Positions 19,063 to 27,833 of a stretch of 39,794 nt of DNA are shown in pieces. A model generated the notes under the pieces. The model ran no database searches. It was not told the origin of the DNA and saw only the letters and a list, made by a program, of their open reading frames with translations. Origin of the DNA: Bacteroidia bacterium (GTDB taxonomy: Bacteria; Bacteroidota; Bacteroidia; 2-12-FULL-35-15); NCBI GenBank assembly GCA_044377775.1, contig JBILYL010000001.1:1-39794 (forward strand). Reading direction: 5' to 3'. The first letter of the stretch is position 1; each line of letters opens with the position of its first letter. A program made the translations under genes and the position numbers.

Positions 19063-19755
19063 ATGAAAAGCTCTCTTTCAACTCCAACAGCTCTTGGCTG
19101 CGCACTGATACTTCTTTGCGGCTACGACAAAACAAACAAAGAATCTGAGAAACTGAACGAATTGGCTTCAACCCCATTCGATGTAATCATTGTTCCAGGA
19201 GTGCCCTTTCAGGATCCTGCAATGAAGCCTATTTTAAAGGCGCGCATTCTTTGGGCAAAATACCTCTATGAAAGAGGAATAACGAAGAACATAATTTTTT
19301 CGGGGGGATCCGTATATACACCTTATGTAGAAGGTAAAATAATGAAGATTTATGCTGATTCGCTGGGGATTCCTTCTGCAAATACGTTTTCGGAAGAAGA
19401 AGCGGAACACAGTACTGAAAACATTTTTTACTCAGTACTAATGGCAAGAAACCTGGGATTCAAACGAATTGCATTGGCGACTGATCACTTGCAATGCTAT
19501 TTTTTAGCAGGCTACATCAAAAAATACTTTCCTGAAGTGAAGATCATAACACTGAGCTACAAAAAAATAAACTTCAGGAAAGCTTATTGGCCAGAAATAG
19601 AGCCGGAACCTGCATTCGCTGAAAATTTTGTATCTATAATAAAGAGAGAAAATGGGTTAAAACGAATCAAAGGATCGATGGGAAAAAACATTCTTTGTAA
19701 CAAAAAAGACTCTTCTATTTACAATAGAAGAGTCCCTGTTCTCGTAAAGAATTAA
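19063..19755 (+). CDS. DUF218 / YdcF-ElyC-like protein
   Basis: ORF 19024..19755. FDVIIVPGVPFQD...IIFSGG...EAEHSTEN matches the DUF218 pattern as I remember it. Start moved to the ATG at 19063, which gives a hydrophobic N-terminus (MKSSLSTPTALGCALILLCG). Confidence 0.75.
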   Translation: MKSSLSTPTALGCALILLCGYDKTNKESEKLNELASTPFDVIIVPGVPFQDPAMKPILKARILWAKYLYERGITKNIIFSGGSVYTPYVEGKIMKIYADSLGIPSANTFSEEEAEHSTENIFYSVLMARNLGFKRIALATDHLQCYFLAGYIKKYFPEVKIITLSYKKINFRKAYWPEIEPEPAFAENFVSIIKRENGLKRIKGSMGKNILCNKKDSSIYNRRVPVLVKN

Positions 19756-19760
19756 TTACT

Positions 19761-20060
19761 TTATAATCCTTGTACTTTTTCTTTGTGTTTTTTCACTTGG
19801 GCTTTCAATGCATCTATGCTGCTATCGATAGCCTCTTCGAAGCTCTTACATTGCTTTTTTGCAAAAAGATCGTTTCCGGCAATGTGTACTTTTATTTCTG
19901 CGATTTTATTTTCTGCAGCATCTGACTTGTCTAATTTGAGTATCACTTCACTATTTATTATACCATCATAATAGTGAGTTAATTTATCTACTTTTTCTTC
20001 TACAAATGCCAACAATTTTTTGTCTGCATCGAAATGTACCGATTGAATTTTCAGTGTCAT
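19761..20060 (-). CDS. hpf: Ribosome hibernation promoting factor (short HPF/RaiA family)
   Basis: 99 aa. MTLKIQSVHFDADKKLLAFVEEKVDKL... is a typical sigma-54-modulation/HPF fold sequence. Confidence 0.88.
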   Translation of the reverse strand: MTLKIQSVHFDADKKLLAFVEEKVDKLTHYYDGIINSEVILKLDKSDAAENKIAEIKVHIAGNDLFAKKQCKSFEEAIDSSIDALKAQVKKHKEKVQGL

Positions 20061-20110
20061 AATTTTGTCCTCCTATTATTTAAATTAATTATTAATTCTG
20101 TATTATTATT

Positions 20111-20989
20111 TTACCCTTTCGGATGTGCTTGCTTATGAATATTCTTCAACTTCTCAACCGTATTGTGCGTATATACTTGTGTTGCCGAAAGATTTGCATG
20201 ACCAAGCAATTCTTTGATAGCGTTTAAATCCGCGCCATTATTAAGCATGTGTGTTGCAAATGTATGGCGTAAAACATGCGGACTTTTTTTGTCGATCGTT
20301 GTAACAAGTGAAAGGTAATTATTAACCAATCTGTAAACAAATTTTTCATACATTTTTTTTCCATTTTTCATTTCAAAGAGAAATTCATTGGGCATGGATG
20401 TTTTGCACGAAACATAGTTCTGAATGTTATTTCTTAACTCGTTACTAAAAGGGATAATTCTTTCCTTATTGCGTTTTCCCAAAACCTTGATCTGGCATTG
20501 ATGCATATCTACATTTGCTTGTTTCAGATTGATCAGCTCCGACAAACGGATTCCGGTTGCATAAAAAAGTTCAATGATCAGTTTGTTACGAATTCCTTCC
20601 AGATCATCCGAAAACTCAACATTATCTATCAGTACATTCATATTGTCCTTTTCAACAAAAACCGGCAATCGCTTGGAAGTTTTTGGTGACATTATCTTCA
20701 TCATTGGATTTTCGGCAACAACACCTTGCCGGAGAAGATATTTGTAAAAGGTTTTGAGAGTAGTGATCTTGCGATTTACTGAGCGTGGACTAATCTTCTG
20801 ATCCATAAGTTCAACAACCCAAGAACGGATAAATGTGTGTGTAATTTCAGGAATGTTTTTTATTTGATAGGTATTTTCAAGGAAAGAGAAAAACTGTTCG
20901 AGATCCCCGGTATAAGCCAAAACAGTATGGCTTGACAATCGTTTTTCGAATTGAAGGTATTGTAAAAAACTATCCCGGCTTGCGTCCAT
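20111..20989 (-). CDS. xerC: Tyrosine recombinase, XerC/XerD-like
   Basis: ORF 20111..21043, whose track start is a TTG. The probable true start is the internal Met (MDASRDSFLQYLQFEKRLSSHTV), at about 20989 by codon counting. Catalytic residues are in context: R (ATGIRLSEL), HVLRHTFAT, LGHANLSATQVYTH. Confidence 0.85.
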   Translation of the reverse strand: MDASRDSFLQYLQFEKRLSSHTVLAYTGDLEQFFSFLENTYQIKNIPEITHTFIRSWVVELMDQKISPRSVNRKITTLKTFYKYLLRQGVVAENPMMKIMSPKTSKRLPVFVEKDNMNVLIDNVEFSDDLEGIRNKLIIELFYATGIRLSELINLKQANVDMHQCQIKVLGKRNKERIIPFSNELRNNIQNYVSCKTSMPNEFLFEMKNGKKMYEKFVYRLVNNYLSLVTTIDKKSPHVLRHTFATHMLNNGADLNAIKELLGHANLSATQVYTHNTVEKLKNIHKQAHPKG

Positions 20990-21102
20990 AAAAAAGGAAA
21001 AATTAAAACGATGATTCCTTTTAATCTGTTGTCTCAATGGCAACTACACAGTTTCCAAAGGAATTAGTTTAATTAAATTTAAGTGCTAAAAATAATAATT
21101 AA

Positions 21103-21188
21103 ACTAAAAAAATAAAGAGGAAAAATCTACTTGTTTAACGCAAATAACCAATTAAAGTTATAGGCAAACAGGTAAACTTTTCCTCTTT
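21103..21188 (-). terminator. Long-range hairpin plus U7 downstream of rpsU (probable terminator)
   Basis: Perfect 11-bp arms AAAGAGGAAAA (21113-21123) and TTTTCCTCTTT (21178-21188) enclose 54 nt with inner pairings (TGTTT/AAACA, ATAAC/GTTAT). On the minus-strand RNA the structure is followed by AUUUUUUUAG. Confidence 0.4.
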
Positions 21189-21216
21189 GGGAATATTTAA
21201 CAAATGGAAAGAAGAA

Positions 21217-21411
21217 TTATGCTTCTTCGTTACGTTGCATTTTTTCTTTGTAGATCGCTTTGATTCTTGCTTCGCGGAAAACTACAGAAGGTTTAGTGAA
21301 TTTTGAACGTTCACGTAATGCTTTAACAACACCTGTTTTTTCAAATTTCTTTTTGAATTTCTTTAGTGCTTTTTCGATTGCTTCGCCTTCTTTAACTTGT
21401 ACTATTAACAT
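21217..21411 (-). CDS. rpsU: 30S ribosomal protein S21
   Basis: 64 aa, basic. KALKKFKKKFEKTGVVKALRERSKFTKPS is S21-like. Confidence 0.95.
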   Translation of the reverse strand: MLIVQVKEGEAIEKALKKFKKKFEKTGVVKALRERSKFTKPSVVFREARIKAIYKEKMQRNEEA

Positions 21412-21444
21412 TGTATATTGTTTTTAATTTTTATAAATGGGATG

Positions 21445-21452
21445 CAAATATA
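21445..21452 (-). promoter_or_regulatory. -7 box TATATTTG upstream of rpsU
   Basis: Minus strand reads TATATTTG, 34 nt upstream of the ATG at 21411. Only TTTAG-like -33 candidates are present, and they lie inside the heptamer repeats. Confidence 0.35.
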
Positions 21453-21460
21453 ATTAAATT

Positions 21461-21488
21461 TTCTAAATTCTAAATCCTAAATCCTGAA
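21461..21488. repeat. Four tandem heptamers (TTCTAAA TTCTAAA TCCTAAA TCCTGAA)
   Basis: Read directly from the sequence. Sits immediately upstream of the rpsU -7 box. Confidence 0.8.
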
Positions 21489-21574
21489 AAATTCAATTTA
21501 TTTTCTTTTTTTTTACCAAAAATCACCAAAGACCTTCAATTCAAGTGTATTTCACCTGCTTTCCAAATCAAAAA

Positions 21575-22714
21575 TTACTTCATAATTTCACGGGCAATGA
21601 CCATTTTCTGAATCTCGGAAGTTCCTTCTCCAATGGTACATAATTTACTGTCGCGATAATATTTTTCAGCCGGGAAGTCTTTTGTATAGCCATAACCACC
21701 GAAAATCTGGACAGCTTCATTTGCAGCTCTCACACACACTTCCGAAGCATAATACTTAGCATAAGCGCCTTCTTTGGTCATTTTCTCGCCTTTATTCTTT
21801 TTATCGGCAGCGAAAAATGTTAACAATTCAGCTGCTTCAATTTCTGTTGCCATATCGGCCAACTTAAATGAAATTGCCTGGAATTGAGAAATGGGCTTTC
21901 CGAACTGTTCGCGTTCTTTTGAATATTTCAATGCGCAATCAAAAGCTCCTTTTGCTATACCAACCGCCAGTGAAGCGATAGAGATTCGTCCGCCATCCAA
22001 TACTTTCATTGCCTGAATAAATCCGTCACCTTCATTACCCAACAGTTGATCCTTATGAACACGGCAATTATCAAAAATCAGCTCGGCTGTTTCCGAAGCA
22101 CGCATTCCTAATTTATTTTCTTTTTTTCCTGATTTAAATCCTGGAGTTCCTTTTTCGATAATGAAAGCAGACATTCCATGAGAATCGCCTTTTTCACCTG
22201 TACGAACAATTACAACAGCAACATTCCCTGAAATAGCGTGTGTAATGAAGTTTTTAGAGCCATTGATCACGTAGTGGTCACCATCTTTTTTTGCAATTGT
22301 GGTCATCCCGCCTGAATCGGAACCTGTTCCAGTCTCCGTTAAACCCCAAGCACCGATCCATTCGGCCGTTGCAAGTTTAGGAAGGTATTTTTTCTTTTGT
22401 TCTTCGTTTCCGAATGCTAAAATATGTCCAGTACACAATGAATTGTGAGCCGCCATTGACAAGCCTATTGAACCGCAGATCTTAGACAATTCAACAATAG
22501 CTGTCACGTATTCTGTATAAGAAAATCCTGATCCACCGTATTGCTCAGGCACTAATACGCCCATCAATCCCAACTCCCCTAGTTTTTTGAAAACTTCCAC
22601 AGGAAATTCTTGTGATTCGTCCCACTCCATCATTTTTGGGCGAATGTGATCATCCCCAAACTTCTTTATCATGTCAGCGATCATTCGCTGATTTTCGTTA
22701 ATGCTAAAATCCAT
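21575..22714 (-). CDS. Acyl-CoA dehydrogenase (short/medium-chain, butyryl-CoA dehydrogenase-like)
   Basis: 379 aa. AWGLTETGTGSD, the catalytic C-terminal region (YRDSKLCTIGEGTSEIQ), and FAD-binding blocks. Confidence 0.92.
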   Translation of the reverse strand: MDFSINENQRMIADMIKKFGDDHIRPKMMEWDESQEFPVEVFKKLGELGLMGVLVPEQYGGSGFSYTEYVTAIVELSKICGSIGLSMAAHNSLCTGHILAFGNEEQKKKYLPKLATAEWIGAWGLTETGTGSDSGGMTTIAKKDGDHYVINGSKNFITHAISGNVAVVIVRTGEKGDSHGMSAFIIEKGTPGFKSGKKENKLGMRASETAELIFDNCRVHKDQLLGNEGDGFIQAMKVLDGGRISIASLAVGIAKGAFDCALKYSKEREQFGKPISQFQAISFKLADMATEIEAAELLTFFAADKKNKGEKMTKEGAYAKYYASEVCVRAANEAVQIFGGYGYTKDFPAEKYYRDSKLCTIGEGTSEIQKMVIAREIMK

Positions 22715-22742
22715 TGTTGTAGTTTTAAATTTTATAGAGTCA

Positions 22743-22750
22743 CAAAAATA
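22743..22750 (-). promoter_or_regulatory. -7 box TATTTTTG upstream of the acyl-CoA dehydrogenase gene
   Basis: Matches TAnnTTTG on the minus strand, 29 nt upstream of the ATG at 22714. No good -33 element. Confidence 0.3.
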
Positions 22751-22841
22751 TAAATATTATCTTATTTTTTTGTTTAAATTTTATTTATTAGTTGAGCTCA
22801 AGCCACTATTAAAAATTTGATAAAAATTATAATTAAACAAT

Positions 22842-24611
22842 TTAATTTTTAATAAGTTTAAATATTTTCGAAGATTCACCAAAAATATTTAAAAAATAAA
22901 ATCCTTGATCAAATTCTGCTAATGAAATTTTTGTTTCATTTTCTTCAATCTTACCTGCTTTTATTAATCGTCCCAAATTATCTGTGATACTATAATTCAT
23001 TCCAATAACTCGTTGATCTGCATTAAAATTAAATACGTCAGCAGAAGGGTTTGGAAAAACTACTATATGGTTAAGTGCGTCTAATTCATCTATACCGATA
23101 TATGTTACCAAGACAACAATACTTGATGATGAACATCCAAAAGCATTTGTAGTTACGACAGAATAATAGCCGGTAGCTGCAATTTGATAAACAGAGGAAT
23201 CTGCACCAGGTATTGCGTTTCCATTGAGATACCATTGATATTGAGATTCTGCTGAAAAGCAAGTTAAGGTGTTTGAAGAAATAAGAAACGTAGGACTTAA
23301 AGGATTAGGAGCTACAAAAATTGCTTGTTGATTACTATTAGTGGTACAGCCATTTGCATTTGTTAATTGAACCCAATAATTACCATTTTGATAAACTAAA
23401 ATAGATGTACTATCAGCAGAAACAAGAGCTGTAGTATCATTATACCACTGAATCGTATTGATACCCGTTCCGCTTATACTTAACAATACTGAATCACCTG
23501 TACAAATGGTATCGTTACCACTTATTACAATTGAAGATGGAGCAGTAGGTGATGCAAAAACATGCACCGTGTCATAATTCAAAAAAGTTTGAATTACGTA
23601 GGTAGAAACAATCAAATTTCCTGAAGTGCCACCTGCACCAGAAAATGGAATTGTTCCTGGACCAGAAATTGAAAAAGGAAAACTACCTAAATTATCATTC
23701 GCACTAATGGCATCTTCATCCCATATTATGATGGAATATGGCGGGTCAATTAAATTAATATTTAAGCTATTCCATGCACCTGAAGTTGTTCCACTTAATG
23801 AGCTAGAGGTATAAAGATTGGAAGAAAGTGAATTATATATTTCAAAAAAAGGATCTGGTGAAGCGGTGCACCCAACAAAAGGCAAACTTGGTTCTTCTGC
23901 ATCACCACACCAATTATTATTTACACTAAATAAATTCACATCAGTAATTTTATAACCTAAAATATCTGTTTGCAAAGAAACAACATAATCACCTGGAATA
24001 GAATATAGTTGTGAAGCAGGATGTTGCAAATTGCTAATATTCCCATTGCCAAAATTCCACGAGTAAGCTGTTGGATTTGGAGAACCATCAATAAGAGCAT
24101 CAAAATCGACCAAAGCCGAATCACAGGAAATTGAAGGGCTAAAAGTAAAACCTGAATTACCACCGGCAACAGGATCAATCTGAACAAAAATTTGGGCATT
24201 AGAATTTACATCCCCAATGGTGGCTAAATTTACAACTATATTTACATCAACTGTAAAAAAACCAGATTGGATTGGTGTTCCACAAATCCGAACACAACCT
24301 CTAATATTAACGTTTGGATCATATTGACATCCAACAGCAGAATTGTTACATTCCCAATGCAAACCAAAAGGCAAACCTGTTACACCTGTTATTTTAAAAT
24401 AATTTACAACAAATCCAGAAGTATCTAGAAACATTACGAACGTAACATCATCGGAATAAGGAACTGTTTGAGTACCTGTAGCAAGTGTCGTAGGATATAT
24501 ACCCGGACTATTAAAAGTGCTATCAATATTACAACTCGGGCATTGACTAAAACTTTTTGTTTGCAAAAAAATCAAGCCAATTAATACTATTTTTAGAATT
24601 ATTTTTTTCAT
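22842..24611 (-). CDS. Secreted PKD/Ig-like repeat protein with T9SS C-terminal sorting domain
   Basis: Signal peptide MKKIILKIVLIGLIFLQTKSFSQ. PKD-like block YSWNFGNGNISNLQHPASQLYSIPGDYVVSLQ. Cys-framed Ig-like repeats (ICTGDSVLLS...NGCTT). C-terminus VFPNPSADVFNF...GFYFLNIF. Confidence 0.8.
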   Translation of the reverse strand: MKKIILKIVLIGLIFLQTKSFSQCPSCNIDSTFNSPGIYPTTLATGTQTVPYSDDVTFVMFLDTSGFVVNYFKITGVTGLPFGLHWECNNSAVGCQYDPNVNIRGCVRICGTPIQSGFFTVDVNIVVNLATIGDVNSNAQIFVQIDPVAGGNSGFTFSPSISCDSALVDFDALIDGSPNPTAYSWNFGNGNISNLQHPASQLYSIPGDYVVSLQTDILGYKITDVNLFSVNNNWCGDAEEPSLPFVGCTASPDPFFEIYNSLSSNLYTSSSLSGTTSGAWNSLNINLIDPPYSIIIWDEDAISANDNLGSFPFSISGPGTIPFSGAGGTSGNLIVSTYVIQTFLNYDTVHVFASPTAPSSIVISGNDTICTGDSVLLSISGTGINTIQWYNDTTALVSADSTSILVYQNGNYWVQLTNANGCTTNSNQQAIFVAPNPLSPTFLISSNTLTCFSAESQYQWYLNGNAIPGADSSVYQIAATGYYSVVTTNAFGCSSSSIVVLVTYIGIDELDALNHIVVFPNPSADVFNFNADQRVIGMNYSITDNLGRLIKAGKIEENETKISLAEFDQGFYFLNIFGESSKIFKLIKN

Positions 24612-24631
24612 TTTTTTTATTTTAATACAAA

Positions 24632-24639
24632 CAAATATA
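24632..24639 (-). promoter_or_regulatory. -7 box TATATTTG upstream of the PKD/T9SS gene
   Basis: TAnnTTTG on the minus strand, 21 nt upstream of the ATG at 24611. Confidence 0.3.
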
Positions 24640-24695
24640 GCAAATTGAGATTTAAATAGAATAAAACGAAATAATTGGTAAGTAATTATTGTTTT

Positions 24696-25223
24696 TTAAT
24701 AATTTACCAGACTAATAATTTCGGAGGAATAGGGCAATAATTTCTCTCTGCCTTTCAGAAACTCCAATTCAACCACAAAAGCAAATCCGGCAACATTCCC
24801 ATGCTGCATCTGAATCAATTTTACAGCAGCTTCAGCAGTTCCACCTGTGGCAAGCAGATCATCATGAATCAAAACATTCCAGCCCGGTTGAATTTCATCG
24901 ACCTGCATTTCTACTTTCGCACTTCCGTACTCAAGATCATATTCATAGGCAATCTTTTTAAAGGGCAACTTCCCTGCTTTGCGAACCAGAATAAAAGGAA
25001 TATTCATCTTGTTTGCCAGGGCGAATCCAAATAAAAAGCCACGGCTTTCGACACCAACGATCGCATTGATTTTTTTGTGGGCAACGCGATTGGCGAACTC
25101 CGATACAATTTCATTGCATAGTTGCTGATCGTGAAAAAGTGGCGTTATGTCTTTGAATAAAATTCCCGGTTTAGGAAAATCAGGAACATCGCGAATGACA
25201 GATTTTATTTTTGCTTCTAACAT
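24696..25223 (-). CDS. apt: Adenine phosphoribosyltransferase
   Basis: 175 aa. PRPP-binding loop VLIHDDLLATGGTA and N-terminal DFPKPGILFKDITP. Confidence 0.93.
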   Translation of the reverse strand: MLEAKIKSVIRDVPDFPKPGILFKDITPLFHDQQLCNEIVSEFANRVAHKKINAIVGVESRGFLFGFALANKMNIPFILVRKAGKLPFKKIAYEYDLEYGSAKVEMQVDEIQPGWNVLIHDDLLATGGTAEAAVKLIQMQHGNVAGFAFVVELEFLKGREKLLPYSSEIISLVNY

Positions 25224-25232
25224 AGATTTTTT

Positions 25233-26174
25233 TTACTCAATAATTAAATACGGTACAATTTTACGGTATGTTTCGTCATCTACCAAATCTGTTTTTTTTA
25301 TTTCATCCAAGGCCTTGTATTTACCATGATTCTTCCGATAATTCACAATTGCATTTGCGACATTCCAACTTATATATGCATTTTTCAGATCGGCAGCTTC
25401 ACAGGAATTAATATTTATCAGTTTAATTTTTGAAGGGTCAATCGTTATAAAAGATCCGATGGAGTTTAATTTCTCCTGATCAAATTTCCATATTTCAAGA
25501 AGCTGTTCTTTCGCGACAAAACCACCAATGGAATTTCTATATTTAATTATATTTTTCGCATAAAATGGTCCGATCCCTTTAATACTTGTAAGCATTGCGG
25601 AATCTGCTGTATTCAGCTCAACGATTGATTTTGAATGCACTTCAGGAATTACACGATTGATCATCTTTTCAACTTTACCATTTTCAAATACGGATGTTGG
25701 TCCGGATGCAGAAACAGCTTTTACAGCAGGAGTATTAATGTTAATGAAGGGTTCCAAAGAGAAGTACAATTCTTCCTTGATACAATACATTTTTTTTACA
25801 TCTGCTTTCTTTCGGAACCTACCGCCTTTGGATTCGAATTTCCTGATGCTTTTAATTTGTTTTTCAGTTAAACCTAAACGTTTCCATTCCGACTCCGGTA
25901 AATTATTGGGATCGAAATTAAAGCGCTCTGACTTATTAATTGTAGTGCTATTGCTACTTTCTGTAAAATCAGAAAAAACCTCTTTCTCCTTTACAGAAGA
26001 GCGAAATCGTTCCACATCCTTATCGAATTTATCAAAATTTACCGGCTCCTGTGATACAAAACGTGAAGAAATATTCAGATAAAGCACCAACACGCAAATG
26101 ATACTTAATAAAACAAACACACCATTACGTTCACGCTTATTGAACGTAAAAAAATCTCGAAAAATGTTTTTCAT
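25233..26174 (-). CDS. ComEA-like helix-hairpin-helix DNA-binding membrane protein
   Basis: 313 aa with an N-terminal TM helix (NGVFVLLSIICVLVLYL). Two HhH units (LNTADSAMLTSIKGIGPFYAKNIIKYR; INSCEAADLKNAYISWNVANAIVNYR). The stop is 9 nt before the apt start. Confidence 0.7.
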   Translation of the reverse strand: MKNIFRDFFTFNKRERNGVFVLLSIICVLVLYLNISSRFVSQEPVNFDKFDKDVERFRSSVKEKEVFSDFTESSNSTTINKSERFNFDPNNLPESEWKRLGLTEKQIKSIRKFESKGGRFRKKADVKKMYCIKEELYFSLEPFININTPAVKAVSASGPTSVFENGKVEKMINRVIPEVHSKSIVELNTADSAMLTSIKGIGPFYAKNIIKYRNSIGGFVAKEQLLEIWKFDQEKLNSIGSFITIDPSKIKLININSCEAADLKNAYISWNVANAIVNYRKNHGKYKALDEIKKTDLVDDETYRKIVPYLIIE

Positions 26175-26282
26175 AAAAACACATCAAATTAAAGTTTATA
26201 CTCCGTTGAAACAATAACTATCAAGAGCTATTATTTTTTAATCAGAGTAGTAAAATTCAATCCGGAGTATAGACCTTTTCGT

Positions 26283-27740
26283 TTAGTTTGGCGAGTGCCG
26301 CTTCTGGGTAAAATAATAAACGGGGATTCCGATAAAGACACAAATAAGTCCGAAGCCGGTATTACGACCATCGTATATAATAAGAATTGTACATATAGCT
26401 AATGCAGAAAGGATATAAAGAGCAGGAATAAAGGGATATCCAAATGCTTTATAAGGGCGCTCAGTATCCGGTTCATTTTTTCTTAATGCAAAAAGTCCGG
26501 CAATAGTAACAATGTAAAAGATCATGGAAGCAAATGTTGAATAATTTACAAGATCGCTGTATGTACCTGATAGACATAAGGCACAAGCCCATGCACATTG
26601 AATCCATAAAGCGAAAGAAGGAACAGCATTTTCGTTTAAAGTACCGGCCTTTTTCAAAAACAATTTCTCTTTCGCCATGGCATAATAAACACGAGCACCA
26701 GACAAGATCAGTCCGTTGTTACAACCAAATGTGGATATCATTATTAATCCAGCCATAATAAAAAGTGCAACATTACCAAAGATCATTGTTGCGGCACTTG
26801 CTCCTACTCTATCATTGGTTGCAAATTGAATTCCCTGTCCGAATGCATCCTGAGCCAATGGATCTCCTTTTAAAGGCAACAAAGCAAGGTATGCAACATT
26901 TGCAAGAATGTACAATACGGTTACAAGCAATGTTCCCAAAAACAAACTACGGGGAATATTTTTTTTAGGATCCTTAATCTCACCTGCAATAAATGTTACA
27001 TTATTCCAGGCATCAGCAGAAAAAAGAGAATTAATAATTGTGGAACCCATTGCACCAATCAAAGCAAAACCTGCAAGATGAGTAATGCTAATTGTACCGT
27101 CCTTGTTAACAGTTGTTGTGCTAGCGTCCCATGCATTTTTAAAGTTCTCGGCCAATGTTTCGCTTTTAAAAGCCATTGCAATTCCAAGAACAATAAGTGC
27201 GAATAACGAAAGTAATTTAGTAGATGTAAAAACAAGTTGTATCAGTTTCCCATTTCTGATTCCCCTTGTATTCGAGTAAGTCAGAAGCAGGATGGTTATT
27301 ATGGCTAATATTTGTTTCCAAGTAATCACAAATGAACCACTAGAAACAGAGAGAATATTCCCTTGCAATTCCGGAAAAAAGATAGCGGTATAATTTGCAA
27401 AAGCAACTGCAACAGCAGCAATCACTCCGGTCTGAATTACAGTAAAAACGGTCCATCCATAAAGAAACGCAACTAAATTCCCAAAAGCTCTTTGAATATA
27501 AACAAACTGTCCGCCTGCCTTAGGCATCATCCCTGCAAGTTCGCCATAACTCAGAGCAGCCATAACAGTTATCAATCCTGTGATGATCCAAAGTAAAAGT
27601 AAATAACCGGCAGACCCAACAGCACGCGACATACTAGCACTTACTATAAAAATACCAGAACCGATCATCGATCCAGCAACAATCATAGTAGCGTCAATTA
27701 GTCCAAGTGAACGCTTTAATTCTGTTTGATTTTCTTGCAT
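26283..27740 (-). CDS. APC-superfamily amino acid permease
   Basis: 485 aa with about 12 predicted TM segments. The N-terminal LKRSLGLIDATMIVAGSMIGSGIF motif is typical of APC permeases. Confidence 0.88.
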   Translation of the reverse strand: MQENQTELKRSLGLIDATMIVAGSMIGSGIFIVSASMSRAVGSAGYLLLLWIITGLITVMAALSYGELAGMMPKAGGQFVYIQRAFGNLVAFLYGWTVFTVIQTGVIAAVAVAFANYTAIFFPELQGNILSVSSGSFVITWKQILAIITILLLTYSNTRGIRNGKLIQLVFTSTKLLSLFALIVLGIAMAFKSETLAENFKNAWDASTTTVNKDGTISITHLAGFALIGAMGSTIINSLFSADAWNNVTFIAGEIKDPKKNIPRSLFLGTLLVTVLYILANVAYLALLPLKGDPLAQDAFGQGIQFATNDRVGASAATMIFGNVALFIMAGLIMISTFGCNNGLILSGARVYYAMAKEKLFLKKAGTLNENAVPSFALWIQCAWACALCLSGTYSDLVNYSTFASMIFYIVTIAGLFALRKNEPDTERPYKAFGYPFIPALYILSALAICTILIIYDGRNTGFGLICVFIGIPVYYFTQKRHSPN

Positions 27741-27774
27741 ATTATAAATTGGAAAGTAGATTTTTTATGATTCC

Positions 27775-27832
27775 TTCTATTTTCTTAAAAAAAAGGACGG
27801 TTTGAACCGCCCTTTTTTTTAAGAAAATAGAA
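27775..27832 (-). terminator. Extended hairpin terminator between the two permease genes
   Basis: 26-nt arms (27775-27800 and 27807-27832) with loop TTTGAA. The GC core is GGGCGG/CCGTCC and the arms carry A8/T8 tracts. The single non-Watson-Crick position is G-U on the minus-strand RNA and A-C on the plus strand. It begins 1 nt after the upstream stop codon. Confidence 0.6.
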
Positions 27833-27833
27833 A

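Noticed and set aside
19753-19763. Convergent DUF218 and hpf genes with stops only 5 nt apart and no room for terminators
   Set aside because: This is only compact genome organisation. Termination presumably occurs inside the opposing gene. No structure specific to this site was seen.
20111-21043. Tyrosine recombinase next to a tRNA cluster, as a possible integrative-element boundary
   Set aside because: From memory, the rpsU / xerC-like / hpf / tRNA / tuf order is a conserved housekeeping arrangement in Bacteroidota. No cargo genes or phage/ICE genes are present. The only direct repeat nearby (18275-18384) duplicates a tRNA 5' end, encloses just 42 nt, and does not flank the recombinase.
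26197-26271. 9-bp inverted repeat TATACTCCG...CGGAGTATA spanning 57 nt between the permease and the ComEA-like gene
   Set aside because: The arms are short and AT-rich. No U-tract follows on the coding strand and the inner pairing is poor. It could easily be chance.
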